64,000 nucleotides of DNA from Octopus bimaculoides. Taxonomy: Eukaryota. The notes beneath the pieces are model-generated. The model was not told where the DNA came from and ran no database searches. It saw only the letters and a program-made list of their open reading frames with translations. The position numbers and the translations under genes are program-made. Where the stretch lies: positions 10,989,205 through 11,053,204 of the forward strand of contig NC_068989.1 in the NCBI RefSeq assembly GCF_001194135.2, written 5' to 3'. Shown piece by piece: positions 37,761 through 51,823 of the stretch (position 1 is its first letter; each line of letters opens with the position of its first letter).

Positions 37761-38818
37761 TTCGCCGGGTTTCAATACTGGGTGCTCTTCCTATTACAAA
37801 CTACTTGATAAATATGGAGGTAAGTCTTTCTAACGGGACTTTTTGCAGCAGCATAAAACACAACTGTTTTCATGCTTTTGAATATTTCAGAGATTTTTTG
37901 GAGAATATTGAAAAGTCACACAAATAGCAGCAGTCAATATTTTGCAAATCAAAGAATAAAGAGAAAGGATTTCTCTGATTTTGAGATTATAATTCTTCAT
38001 CTTTAAACGTATAGTTTCCTTATCATACGAACACTATGGAGTATTCAATCTTTACTCTTTTACTTGTTTCAGTCATTTGACTGCGGTCATGCTGGAGCAC
38101 CGCCTTTAATCGAGAAAATCGACCCCAGGACTTATTCTTTGTAAGCCTAGTACTTATTCTATCGGGCTCTTTTTGCCGACCCTCTAAGTTACGGGAACGT
38201 AAACACACTAGCATCGGTTGTCAAGCGATGTTGGGGGGACAAACACAGACACACATACACACACACACACACACATATATATATACGACGGGCTTCTTTC
38301 AGTTTCCGTCTACCAAATCTACTCNNNNNNNNNNNNNNNNNNNNNNNNNNNNNNNNNNNNNNNNNNNNNNNNNNNNNNNNNNNNNNNNNNNNNNNNNNNN
38401 NNNNNNNNNNNNNNNNNNNNNNNNNNNNNNNNNNNNNNNNNNNNNNNNNNNNNNNNNNNNNNNNNNNNNNNNNNNNNNNNNNNNNNNNNNNNNNNNNNNN
38501 NNNNNNNNNNNNNNNNNNNNNNNNNNNNNNNNNNNNNNNNNNNNNNNNNNNNNNNNNNNNNNNNNNNNNNNNNNNNNNNNNNNNNNNNNNNNNNNNNNNN
38601 NNNNNNNNNNNNNNNNNNNNNNNNNNNNNNNNNNNNNNNNNNNNNNNNNNNNNNNNNNNNNNNNNNNNNNNNNNNNNNNNNNNNNNNNNNNNNNNNGGTG
38701 AATCTTAGTCTTCTAATCAAGATCAGACATATTGAAGTTGTTATTTTAAACAATTACTCAAAATCATTCCGATGCATATATCTGGTTTTGAAAGTAAGGT
38801 CTTCATATATAATATATA

Positions 38819-39036
38819 CAAGGTGGTGCTAAAAAGTTCCTGGCTTTGGATAAAAGAAGATACAGGAAGATCACTTAATTATGATTTTATTCAACATATT
38901 CCTCTCTCAGATTCAAGCATTTATTTCAGCAGTCCTTTAGTTTTTCTAAGCCCTGTAAAAAAACTTGGAAATTTGGGCCTCCAACCAGGCCTTTCGTGAT
39001 ACCCTTAAAGCCAGGAACTTTTTTAGCACCTCATCA
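38819..39036. mobile_element. Tc1/mariner-like MITE
   Basis: About 30-bp imperfect TIR sharing ggtgctaaaaagttcctggcttt, flanked by TA; a related end follows the gap at 55982. Confidence 0.7.
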
Positions 39037-39180
39037 TAGGCATGGCTGTGTAGTAAGAAGTTTGTTTCCCAACCACATGGTTCTGGGTTCAGTCCTACTG
39101 CATGATACTTTGGGTAATTTAATTTATTTAAATAGTTCTCCACAGATCGGAAAAAACAATGAACAACCTTAAGCAATATT

Positions 39181-39237
39181 TTTTATCCTTATTGGGCTTT
39201 CATCCTTATTGGGCTTTCATCCTTATTGGGCTTTCAT
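39181..39237 (+). repeat. 17-bp tandem repeat (tttcatccttattgggc), about 3.4 copies
   Basis: Directly visible. Confidence 0.9.
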
Positions 39238-40452
39238 CATGTGTTTACATCACTTGACCAATCCCAGAGAAACAAGCAACCAAACTGATTATATACACAA
39301 CAGAGCCAATAGCTTCAGAGAATTAGAGCTACTAATTTGCAATGGCAGGCTTCCTCACAGTTTCCAACTACCAATATCACCCACAAGACAATAAGGCATT
39401 AAATGGCCTCGAGCTATAGTAGAAGACACTTAATGGCTCAAGGCGCCATGAAGTAGGACTGAACCCAAAACCCACATGGCTGCAAAACAAGCTTCTTAAC
39501 CACACATCCATGTCTGCATATTCTTCATATCTTTGCAGAAATTTTTTTAAAACAGAAGTCTATGATGTTTAATGGCACTGGAAGTAAAGCCTCATGGGAA
39601 TTAACTGATGTTATTGTCAAGAATCCAGATCTTATGGGAATTAACCAATGTTACTGTCTGGAATCTATCTCTTGTGGGAATTAACCAACACCATTGTCAG
39701 GAATGTCAAAGAATCCAAAGATTGAAATGTTAATTTAATCCTCTTTTTTTTGTGATTTTATTTTTCGTTTTTTTTTTTGTTTTTTGTTTTGTTTTTACCA
39801 AACTAATATTAATTGATAGGTTGAACAGATGAAGCAGTTTTAACGATTTCCTGTAAACTTACAGAAAAAAATGTGACATTCACACATTTGTGAAAAGATG
39901 TTTGAAATGCAAGTGAAATATTTCCTCCACCCCGCCCCCTGGGAATTCTCAAAAGGTTATGGAATGACTGTTACAACATCATGCAGCAATTTAAACCAGA
40001 AAGATTCCTTTCTGAGGGAAAGATTTAGGGGACCACTGAACCAGACACAGTCAATAAAATAACAAAGTCATTATACATAGCCAAGTATCTCCTCTATATC
40101 AAGATACTTGTCTCTATCCCTCTATTATATTTTAATCTCTCAATTGACACAAAGCTACCTTTCTCTCTGTACTACTCACCATTCCTCCAAGTCAGGGGTC
40201 TTTGTCTTGCAAGTTACTTGGCTACCCCACTGGTGCTGGTGCCACATAAAAAAGAAACATTGGTGCCTGTGCCGTGTAAATAGCATGCAGTGCAATCTGT
40301 AAAGTGTTTGGCATTAAGAAGGGCATCCGGCTGTAGAGACCATGCCAAAGCAAGCAATGGACCCTGATGCAGCTCTCTAGATCACCAGCTCTTGTCAAAC
40401 CGTCCAATCCCTGCCAAGGAAAACGAACACTGAATAATGATGGTGGTGATGG

Positions 40453-40513
<61 letters not shown>

Positions 40514-40936
40514 GGTGATGGTGATGATGATGGTGATCATATTTTAACAATAGATTGTTAAAATATTTCATTCCCGATGAAAGGGAACATGAAACTACGA
40601 GTAACAGTTTTTTGTTATATTTCTGCTGCTTTTAAATAAAGCATATTACTCTATCTCTGGTATTTGAGTACTCTTTCTTCCACCTTGTTGCACATTTCAT
40701 GTGCTTACTCCNNNNNNNNNNNNNNNNNNNNNNNNNNNNNNNNNNNNNNNNNNNNNNNNNNNNNNNNNNNNNNNNNNNNNNNNNNNNNNNNNNNNNNNNN
40801 NNNNNNNNNNNNNNNNNNNNNNNNNNNNNNNNNNNNNNNNNNNNNNNTATATATATATATACTGATATACATATATACACAATGGGCTTTTTTCAGTTTC
40901 CATCTACCAAATCCACTCACAAGGCTATGGGTTGAA

Positions 40937-41036
40937 GGTAAAGAATACACACACCACTCATTTCCAGTAATTAGGGTTAGGGTTATGTTTAGGGTTAGGG
41001 TTACGCTGAAAATGGGTGGTGTGCGTATTCGTTACC
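40937..41036. mobile_element. Short GGTAA-terminated MITE with TTAGGG-like repeats, interrupting a SINE
   Basis: 31-bp imperfect TIR (ggtaaagaatacacacaccactcatttccag vs ggtaacgaatacgcacaccacccattttcag); no clean TSD. Confidence 0.55.
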
Positions 41037-42863
41037 TCTGCCAGCTATGGTAGAAGACACTTGCCCAAGGTGCCACTCAGTGTGACTGAACCTGGAACCA
41101 TGTGGTTGGGAGGCAAACATCTTACCAAACAGCCACGCCTGCACCCAAAGTGTTTATTTTGCTTCATATTTACATGTTCCAATTTCAAAATATTCCAATT
41201 TCCAAATGTATCCTGGATTAACTAAAGAGTAGTCTAATTATTAAATTGTTATCCTATGTTATTAATCAGCCAACTGTTCTATAATTTTATTGCAAGTTAA
41301 TTAATTAATGCTTGTGGTATTTAGTTACAACCCTTTACATTCTGAATTCAAATCTAGATGAAGTCAACTTGGTCATTAATCTTTCCAAGGCTGGTAAAAT
41401 AAAGTACCGGTCATGTGCTGGGGGTCAATTCATGTTTCTATAAAGCATTCTTTTCTCTCTTATCTTATATTTCTTTCAATCATTGAACTGTGACCATAGT
41501 GAAGCCATCATCTTGGGGAGAGTTTTTCAGTCAAATATATCAAACTGAGAACTTATTTTCTGTTTTTTTAAAGTCTAGGAATTATTCTATTGGTTTCTTT
41601 TTGCTGAACTGCTAAGTCACAGGGATGTGAACAAACCAATACTGGTTGTCAAGGGGTGGTAGAGACAAACACAAAGACACACTCACACACAGAAATACAT
41701 AATTCTCTCTCACACACATACACATACAAAGACACACGCACACATCATCATCATCATCGTTTAACGTCTGCTTTCCATGCTGGCATGGGTTGGACGATTT
41801 GACTGAAGACTGGCAAACCAGGAGGCGACACTAGGCTCCAATCTGATTTGGCAGTGTTTCTACAGCTGGATGCCCTTCCTAATGCCAACCACTCCGAGAG
41901 TGTAGTGGGTGCTTTTACGTGCCACCAGCATGAGGGCCAGTCAGNNNNNNNNNNCCACTCCGAGAGTGTAGTGGGTGCTTTTACGTGCCACCAGCATGAG
42001 GGCCAGTCAGGCGATACTGGCAACGGCCACGCTCAAATGGTGTTTTTTACGTGTCACCTGCACAGGAGCCATTCCAGCGGCACTGGCAACAATCTCGCTC
42101 AAATGTTTTTTCAAGTACCACCGGCACACAAATACATAAAACACACACACACACACACTACCAGCTTCCACACAGTTTCCACCAGCCAAATTCATTCACA
42201 AGGCACTGGTCAACTCAGAGCAATAATAGAAGACACTAACTCCCAAAATGTCACATAGAACCCACATGCATGTGGTTACAAAACAAGCTTCTAAATCACA
42301 CAGCCAGTAAGGTTAATTATTGTATTAACTAACTGTTCTGTAGTGTTATCTTTGTCAAAGGTCAACAACCTGTATCCATAATACGAGCTAATTGCTCCAT
42401 GGATAAAAACAAAAATATGGTATGACTAGAGCCCACCACCACATCAGATTACTTTCAACTGCAGTAGTCAACCAATTTGTATTATAAATAGGACTGGACC
42501 AAATCTTGGCAGTATCAGATTACAAAACAAAGGGTTGGCCCACTTAACTATAAATAGGTTTCATTAACTGGCACTCCGTCGCTTATGACAACAAGGGTTC
42601 CAGTTGATCCACTCAACAGAACCAATGGAATGGCCTGCTTGTGAAATTAACATGCAAGTGGCTGAGTACACCACAGACATGTTATGCCCTTCGTGTAGTT
42701 CTCAGGGATATTCAGCATAACACAGAGTGTGACAAGGCTGGCCCCTTTGAATTACAGGTACTATTCATTTTGGGGGAGGTAAGTGAACCGGAGCAATGTG
42801 AAATAAAGTGTCTTGCTCAAGGACACATACATGCCACTGGGAATTGAACTTGCGACCTTACAG

Positions 42864-43172
42864 AGGCGGAGGGGGAGGAGAGTGAGGAGGAAGAGGGGGA
42901 GAAGAAGAAGAGGAGGAGGAGGAGGAATAAGAAGAAAAAGAAGAGAGGAGGTGGAATAAGAAGAAAAAGAAGAGGAGGAGGAATAAGAAGAGGAGGAGGA
43001 GGAAGAGGAATAAGAAGAAAAAGAAGAGAGGAGGAGGAGGAAGAAGAAGAGGAGGAGGAGGAGGAGGAGGAGGAAGAAGAGGAGGAAGAGGAAGAAGAAG
43101 AGGAGGAAGAGGAAGAAGAAGAGGAGGAAGAAGAAGAAGAGGAGGAATAAGAAGAAGAGGAGGAAGAGGAGA
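42864..43172 (+). repeat. Polypurine (GAG/GAA)n tract
   Basis: About 300 bp almost entirely G and A. Confidence 0.95.
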
Positions 43173-44773
43173 TAGGGTAGTGGACATGAAGCAGAGACAC
43201 AACATGCTGCAAGGGCCCAACACGCCCCTGGAAACTGAACTCAAATACCCTACCCCACCCCACTAAGCCATGCANNNNNNNNNNNNNNNNNNNNNNNNNN
43301 NNNNNNNNNNNNNNNNNNNNNNNNNNNNNNNNNNNNNNNNNNGACCTTGTGCCAAAAAATTTGAAACCAACATTACTCTGCAAATCCTTCAGAAGAACCG
43401 AATTTTGTCCGTTTTGTGTTTACCTGTATTTTGGCAGAGTAAATAAAAGACAGTAGAAGAGAAAGAAAGAAAGAAAAGAGAGAGAGAGAGATAGAGAGAG
43501 GATAGTCACGGCTGTAATGCTGGTTAAACAACAGTTGAACTAACAAACATACATGTCATAGTGATTCTGCTTGATCAGAGCTGAGCTTAGGCCGAACAAT
43601 AACCATAAACTTACATCCTGTTTACGACTTTTCGGATGCTAATTCAAATGTTTTTTGCTCCTATAAACTTGTTGATTGCATATCACTACCATGGAAAGCA
43701 ATTTTGTACAACCTGTGTCTCTTTTTACTCATCCTCCAGTTACTCTTTCTCACCTTCTGTATCTTTTTTTGTTACAAACAGTTGACTTTTTCCTTTAATT
43801 CGTTCTCTCTTTCCAATATCATTTAACACTACAGCTTATCCTATTTTCCCCTCATCAGCGACTAACCTACTATAATTGACTTGCATATTTTTTTCTACTC
43901 TAGGCACAAGGCCCAAAATTTTGCGGGAAGGGGGCCAGTCAATTAGATCGACCCCAGTACGCAACTGGTGCTTAATTTCTTGATCCCGAAAGGATGAAAG
44001 GCAAAGTCAACTTTGGCGGAATTTGAACTCAGAGCATAAAGACAGACGAAATACCTATTTCTTTACTGCCCACAAGGGGCTACACACAGAGGGGACAAAC
44101 AAGGACAGACAAACGGATTAAGTCGATTATATCGACCCCAGTGCGTAACTGGTACTTAATTTATCGACCCCGAAAGGATAAAAGGCAAAGTCGACCTCGG
44201 CGGAATTTGAACTCAGAACGCAGTGGCAAACGAAATACCGCTAAGCATTTCGCCCAATACACATACACACACATATATATACATCATCATCATCATCATC
44301 ATCGTTGTTTAACGTCCGCTTTCCATGCTAGCATGGGTTGGACGATTTGTCTGAGGACTGGCAAACCAGATGGCTACACCAGGCTCCAATCTGATTTGGC
44401 AGAGTTTCTACAGCTGGATGCCCTTCCTAACACCAACCACTCAGAGAGTGTAGTGGGTGCTTTTACGTGTCACCTGCACGAAGGCCAGTCAGGTGGTACT
44501 GACAATGGCCACGCTCAAAATGGTATATTTTATGTGCCACCTGCACAAGAGCCAGTCCAGGGGCACTGGCAACGATCACACAAAAATATATATACACATA
44601 TACATGCAAACATTCGTATGTATACATGATGTTTGAATGTATGCATGATGAGTGGCCAAAGGTCATTGAGGAATCCAAATGTAACAAGAAATTATAGCTC
44701 CAGTTATGGATGCACTGACATATAGCTGTGCGACAAAAAAAATTCCGAAATATATTCTGAGGTACCCATATAT

Positions 44774-45025
44774 CAGGGACGTGTCACCTGGGTAGGCAAG
44801 GTAGGCAGTGGCTACCCTGAATAAAATAGATCGATAGTAACATTTTCCTTTTATGGCAAAATATGCACCTAATTCAATAGAATTATGAAGGTAGAGTTCT
44901 ATATTTAAGAAATGAGGAATTATTTACATTATTTACATATGCCCACAGGCATATGGTGTAGTGGTTAAGAGCGCGGGTTACTAACCCCAAGATTCCAAGT
45001 TTGATTCCAGGCAGTGACCTGAATG

Positions 45026-45122
<97 letters not shown>

Positions 45123-45534
45123 CAACGACAACAACATAAAAAATACCTTAGGAATGAGAACCCAGGTTCAAAATTTCCCCAAGACACCTGATGAAGGCTG
45201 GAGGGTATATCAGCCTAAACGTGGTGCTAACAACAAACAAGATGAGGACAAATATCCATCAAATGTAAATAATTATGAAGGTTACTCTGATTACTATGCA
45301 TAGGCATAATTCACCCCTGCCCTTCAGTCTCAGTATTAAAGCTACACATAGTACTGCTGTAGTACACGTAATGTGTACATTCCTACAATAACGTTTTCTT
45401 TACGTCCTATAAAGGCAGAAGTAAATCTGCCTCCAACTCAGTCGTGTGTCTGTGTTTCACTTATTTTTTGTGTTTTTTATTACATAAACATCACCAACTG
45501 CCTACCCCGAGTAATTACTGATGGCACATGCCTG
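44774..45534. mobile_element. hAT-like MITE carrying nested hammerhead element copy B
   Basis: Imperfect TIR CAGGGACGTGTCA / CAGGCATGTGCCA; 8-bp TSD CCATATAT (44766-44773, 45535-45542). Confidence 0.7.
44893..45270 (+). mobile_element. Same tRNA-head/(AAT)n/hammerhead element (copy B), nested in a hAT MITE
   Basis: 12-bp direct repeat AATTATGAAGGT at 44881-44892 and 45271-45282; short inverted tail then head, long (AAT)n, CTGATGA at 45188-45194; GAAA mutated to TAAA. Confidence 0.75.
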
Positions 45535-48109
45535 CCATATATTGATTCTTAATCCAATTGACCTTATTTCCCAAGCCTTGGGTGTCTTGAGGGCGTTAAT
45601 CAAAAAATTCAGTGAGTTTATATTTGTTGACATTCAATTTGAATGTTTAATGGTTGGTGTTGGTAGGTAAGGCATCAAAGTTAAAAGAGTGTTTCTTGTA
45701 TGGAATACAGTCCAAGAGGAGAAGAATTCCATAAAGTGTTTCTTAGAGGGTAGGTCTAGGAGAGAAGACAAAGTAAAAGTGGTGAGAGGAGTAGTAGTGA
45801 GAGCATCAGATATATTTGTGTGGGTGGTACCAAGTTGGTAGGTTCAAAAGAGCTCATTGCATTGTAGTATCCACACTATAATATTAGTATAATACAAAGA
45901 GAGAGAGAGAAAGAGAGAGAGAGGTGGAGTGTGAATGCATCTATATGATGGAGATTTTTTGAAATTTCAAACAGGAAACTTTTTTTTCTTTTTGATTCTT
46001 GTACACTGTATCAGAAAGCCAATTCTGAGTGATGGTAGATAATTGCAATTTGGTGTATTTGGTAGCAAGTCTATTAATTAATGAAACTTCCTAGCTTTGA
46101 TGTTATAATAGAAGCTATAGGAACCAGCCTTAATAGTTTACAGACACTCTTTAGAGAAAGTCAAACAGAGAAATGTGTTTTGTTAAGTTCTTTTTTGTGT
46201 ATGAGGTTAATAACCAATTGTATGTCTTACAAATTCTTTTCAATGTGGAGCCAACGTTGTAGATAATAGGGACCAATTTCAATAGATTCTCAACCATTTA
46301 TTGGCTCTTTTGAACTTTAAGAAACACAGCACTTCGTCGGTAATCAATGCCAATAAGCTCTGGAGAGTGCCAAATAAAAATATTCCAAATCTGTCAATAA
46401 GCCAGCAATATTCCAAAAGCCAGGTTCCAAAGAATTTTGGCAAGTTTCCTGCAGCAGCTGAAGCAGGACTTCCTTGCAATCTATTTTTAACAGATCACAA
46501 CCCAAAATGTTTATGAATGATTTTGCGGCCAACTCTAAGTCTGTTGATGCAGAACTACCGTCTTCGATCTTCATAAGTCAACATGTGTTAGACAATTTTG
46601 TTGTTAATACTTGCAGTACTCTATAGAAATCTGTTTGCTGCTCAAGAATCTAATGGTGTAATGGTACTCAATATATATATATATGTATGCATGTGTAACT
46701 GAAGATATGATTTTGTATATTTTGAGTAGCTGTGTCCATTTTGATGGTCACTATATGTATCTGTGTATGTCTGTGTGTAACTATATGTATACAAATTTAT
46801 ATCTGCTTCTTTGTAATTTGAAAAAATAAAAATTAAACAAAAAAAATTTAGTGAATATTTTGGAAGGTCTGATACTGAAAGCTGTGTAAATTCCTAAACT
46901 AGGTGTCCATAGTCCTCCCTTCATTTGGGGGGTTTGAAACAACTGCATGGAGTTCTTCAATGTTTTTTTTTTCCAAGATATAAGTGATTCATATGAATAG
47001 GTATTAACACATGTCAATTGTCTCAGATGAATTTCTTTCAGTGTGGAGGATATAGATCAAGGCAAAAAAAGAAATTCATTCACTAAATCATCATCATTGT
47101 TTAACGTCCGCTTTCCATGCTGGCATGGGTTGAACAATTTGAATGAGGACTGGCAAGCCAGAAGGCTGCACTAGGCTCCAATCTGATCTGGCAGAGTTTC
47201 TACAGCTGGATGCCCTTCCTAACACCAACCACTCTGAGAGCATAGTGGGTGCTTTTACGTGCTACCGGCACGAGGGCCAGTCACATGGTACTGGCAACAA
47301 ATACAAAATTAAATATAAAACTGAAGAAATTGTCTAGAAACATAAACTGGTTAAAATAATAAAAAATAGGTAATTCATATATTGTTTAAGAAGTTAACTG
47401 TTATATATCCTCATCATGATTTTCACCATCATCATTGATTTAACGTCCACTGTTCTATACTCACATTTTCTATGGCAAGGTGCTGTTCCTGTCACCAACA
47501 CTCACCTGTTTTCAAAATTGATAATATTTCCATATGACAGAACATGAAAGATTGAAAATTAATGACAATGCTTGTATGACAGTGAAACTCGTTTACAACT
47601 GTCAGGTAATGTCAAAATAAGGAAACACACACACACACAACCAGAACAATACATAACCATATAGATATATGTATACATGCCATACATATACGTGCATGTG
47701 TGTGTGTATATGCATTCATATACATACACACATCCATATATATATATACATGCACATATATACATATATATTATATACTTATATATATATATACATATAT
47801 ATACTTATACACACATATACATACATGTACACACACACATACATGCATACACATACACATGCACATGCACACATACATATAGATATATACTCTCTTTTAC
47901 TTGTTTCAGTCATTTGACTGCAGCCATGCTGGAGCACCACCTTTAGTCGAGCAAATCGACCCCAAGGCTTATTCTTTGTAAGCCTAGTACTTATTCTATT
48001 GGTCTCTTTTGCCAAACTGCTAAGTTACGGGGACATAAACACACCAGCATCAGTTGTCAAGCGGTGTTGGTGGGGGGACAAACACAGACACACAAACACA
48101 CAAACACAC

Positions 48110-48142
<33 letters not shown>

Positions 48143-48614
48143 NNNNNNNNNNCGACGGGCTTCTTTCAGTTTCCATCTACCAAATCCACTCACGAGGCTT
48201 TGGTCGGCCTGAGGCTATAGTAGAAGACACTTGCCCAAGGTTCCACGCAGTGGGTCTGAACCCGGAACCATGTGGTTGGTAAGCAAGCTACTTACCACAC
48301 AGCTACTCCTTATATATTTATAAACATCCACTGGCCAAACACATCCAGGCTTGGAGAGCGGACAACCAAATGAACAAAAAACACCAAAACATCAACATCA
48401 CAACAACAACAACATCAACAACAGTAACAATTGACAAATTACATGAACTCTTCCTGCAGTTCTCCCTGCTGTGCTATAGAACTATATTGGTTAGAATTAG
48501 GTAAAGAACACAGACACACAGACACAAATATACACACGCACACAGAGGCACATGCATACACACACAGTGATACACCACACACACAGTGATACACCACACA
48601 CACACACACACGCA

Positions 48615-48671
<57 letters not shown>

Positions 48672-48687
48672 ATATATGTATATATAT

Positions 48688-48721
<34 letters not shown>

Positions 48722-48865
48722 NNNNNNNNNNNNNNNNNNNNNNNNNNNNNNNNNNNNNNNNNNNNNNNNNNNNNNNNNNNNNNNNNNNNNNNNNNNNNNN
48801 NNNNNNNNNNNNNNNNNNNNNNNNNNNNNNNNNNNNNNNNNNNNNNNNNNNNNNNNNNNNNNNNN

Positions 48866-48918
<53 letters not shown>

Positions 48919-49538
48919 CACACACATACTCACACGTTTATGGACACACGCTTACATGCCGGTAAACACAAACATACAAATGTATATAGACTGACCAAGA
49001 CACATACACACACACACACATACACATATTCTGTCTATCTATCTATCTCTTTTTCTCTCTCTTTTTCTCACTTTCTCTCTCTCTCCCATATACACACTCT
49101 GTTTCTCTCTTTCACTCTCTCTTTCTCTCTTGCATATATACCTTTTCTCTCTTTCACACACGCACACACAGACACACACACACTCTTCCTCTCCCTCCCT
49201 CCCTCTCTTTCCTTTCTTTCTCCCTCCCTCTCTCTCTTTCCCTCCTCTTTCTTTCATGCATATATACACACATACACACACGCATTGGGTACCTATGGAG
49301 AAACTGCAATTTTTACCAAATGCTATAAATTCTTTGTGACTGATATTTATTCCAGCTTAATTACATACAGTTAACAACCTCAGGATTATGGTTTCAAATC
49401 CTGGCATTGCTACAGATTAAATAGACACCATAAATATATTTTTACATTTCAAAACAACTACTAGACTATAATGATAAACACCTGGCCTCCTAGAAAGAGC
49501 AGTCAAATCTCTCTCATATCATACTTGAGTGTCTTTAA

Positions 49539-49759
49539 CCCTTTAAAAATCAGATTTCTCTGTCAAATGTAATTCTTATTTATTCTCATTGATACGAATT
49601 AGTCATGCGTTACCTCGTAGCTTTGAGATTTCAATGACATGGCTGTTAATTTTTTAGAATAACATTGTATGGTAAGTGTAAGAGGCCAGATCTGGCCACT
49701 TTGAAAACAAAGCAGGTAGATTATTTTGGCCGCATATGGCCAGTTTAAATGCTAAAGGG
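49539..49759. mobile_element. piggyBac-like MITE (empty form)
   Basis: TTAA-CCCTTTA...TAAAGGG-TTAA; body is the reverse complement of sequences at about 10292-10472 and 53973-54140. Confidence 0.65.
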
Positions 49760-50379
49760 TTAAACAAGTTATTTATCTCTGGTCAGTCCTGATCACGCAT
49801 ACGTCATCATCGTCGTCATCATTTAACATCCATTCTCCATGCTGGTATAAGGAGGACGGTTCGATAGGAGATGGCCAGCAGGAGAGCTGCACCAAGCTCC
49901 ATTTGTTTGGTTTAGCATGGTTTCTACGGCTGGATGCCCTTCCTAACGCCAGCCACTTTACAAAGTATACTGGGTGCTTTTAATGTAGCACATGCAGAGG
50001 GCTTTTTATGCGACACTGACAGTTTTTATGTGGCACAGGTGATTTTACATGGCACCAGTGACATGTGTGCTTTTATGTGACACACATACACACACATGCA
50101 CACATACATACATACATGCATACATATATACATACATACATGCATACATATATACATACATACATGCATACAATATGCTTCTTTCATCTTGTCTACCAAA
50201 TTTACACTCACAGAGTTTTGGTTAGCCCAGGGCTATATAGTAGAAGATGACACTCACCAAAGGCGCCATGCAGTGGTAGGACTCAACCTGAAACCATGTG
50301 CTCGGAAAGCAAGCTTCTTAACCATACAGCCCTGCTTGAGCTTGTCAATCTGTAGATTGCGTTTGCAAGTATGCCTATG

Positions 50380-50655
50380 GGCATATGGCATAATGGTTAA
50401 GAGTGCAGGCTACTAACCCCAAGATTCCAAGTTCAATTCCAGGCAGTGACCTGAATAATAATAATAATAATAATAATGATGATGATGATGATGATGAAGA
50501 TAACATCGAAAAATACCTTAGGAATGAGAACCCAGGTTCAAAATTTCCCCAAGACACCTGATGAAGGCTCCAGCCTTTATCAGGTGTCTTGGGGAAACGT
50601 TGTGTTAACAACAAACAAGATGAGGACAAATATCCGTCAAATGTAAATAATGTAA
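50380..50655 (+). mobile_element. Same tRNA-head/(AAT)n/hammerhead element (copy C) with internal inversion
   Basis: Head, (AAT/GAT)n and body match copies A and B; stem II region replaced by an inverted segment. Confidence 0.75.
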
Positions 50656-51789
50656 GTGTCTGAAAGACTGAAATGTGAATATTTTGTTCCAAAGAGTTCA
50701 AATTGCATTGAAGAATAATTGTGAGAAAATTAGGGGAGGGAGTCATTTAGATGACATGCAGTGGAAACGGTAAGAGTGGCTTATAGTCGCAGGAGTGGCT
50801 GTGGGGTAAGTAGCTTGCTTACCAGCCACATGGTTCTNNNNNNNNNNNNNNNNNNNNNNNNNNNNNNNNNNNNNNNNNNNNNNNNNNNNNNNNNNNNNNN
50901 NNNNNNNNNNNNNNNNNNNNNNNNNNNNNNNNNNNNNNNNNNNNNNNNNNNNNNNNNNNNNNNNNNNNNNNNNNNNNNNNNNNNNNNNNNNNNNNNNNNN
51001 NNNNNNNNNNNNNNNNNNNNNNNNNNNNNNNNNNNNNNNNNNNNNNNNNNNNNNNNNNNNNNNNNNNNNNNNNNNNNNNNNNNNNNNNNNNNNNNNNNNN
51101 NNNNNNNNNNNNNNNNNNNNNNNNNNNNNNNNNNNNNNNNNNNNNNNNNNNNNNNNNNNNNNNNNNNNNNNNNNNNNNNNNNNNNNNNNNNNNNNNNNNN
51201 NNNNNNNATATATTGGTGCAGGAATGGCTGTGTGTTAAGTAGCTTGCTTCCCAACCACATGGTCCCAGGTTCAGTCCCACTGCACGGCACCTTCTTACAT
51301 TGGCATAGAGGCCTAAAGGCCAGAAATTTTTAGTGAATGAGCTTTAGTGAATTGAAATGAGCCCTCTAGTGTTAACTGGTATATACTTTATTGATCCTAA
51401 CAGGATAGAAAGGCAAAGAGGAATTTGCCTGGATGAATTTGAACTCACACACCTGTGGTCTGAGAAACCAAATACTATAAATAGAACATTTATTTTATTT
51501 AGCCTAAGCATCCTACCATTTCTGCCAAGTTGCCACGTCGAATATTAGTAATAATTAATGATGAAGGTGATGAGGATGGTGGTGGTGGTGGTGGTGATGA
51601 ACTGTAAAAACTAGACCATCTAGAAGTGACTAGCATCTAGAAAACAATAATGGCTCTTTACTGCTGGTCATCCGTTTGGTCCAAGGTTTGGACTTGGTTG
51701 CTTGGCAATCAAGCAAGCATACAAGAGACGCATTGATAGTAACAATAACAACATTAACAATACTAATACTAATAATGATGATGATGATG

Positions 51790-51823
<34 letters not shown>

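Noticed and set aside
39593-39712. CRISPR-like array
   Set aside because: Only three units, no unique spacers, no cas genes, eukaryotic context
46081-46620. Overlapping 60-76 aa ORFs on both strands
   Set aside because: Stops in all frames, no consistent splice signals and no motif I can recognise; may be an old element but unsupported
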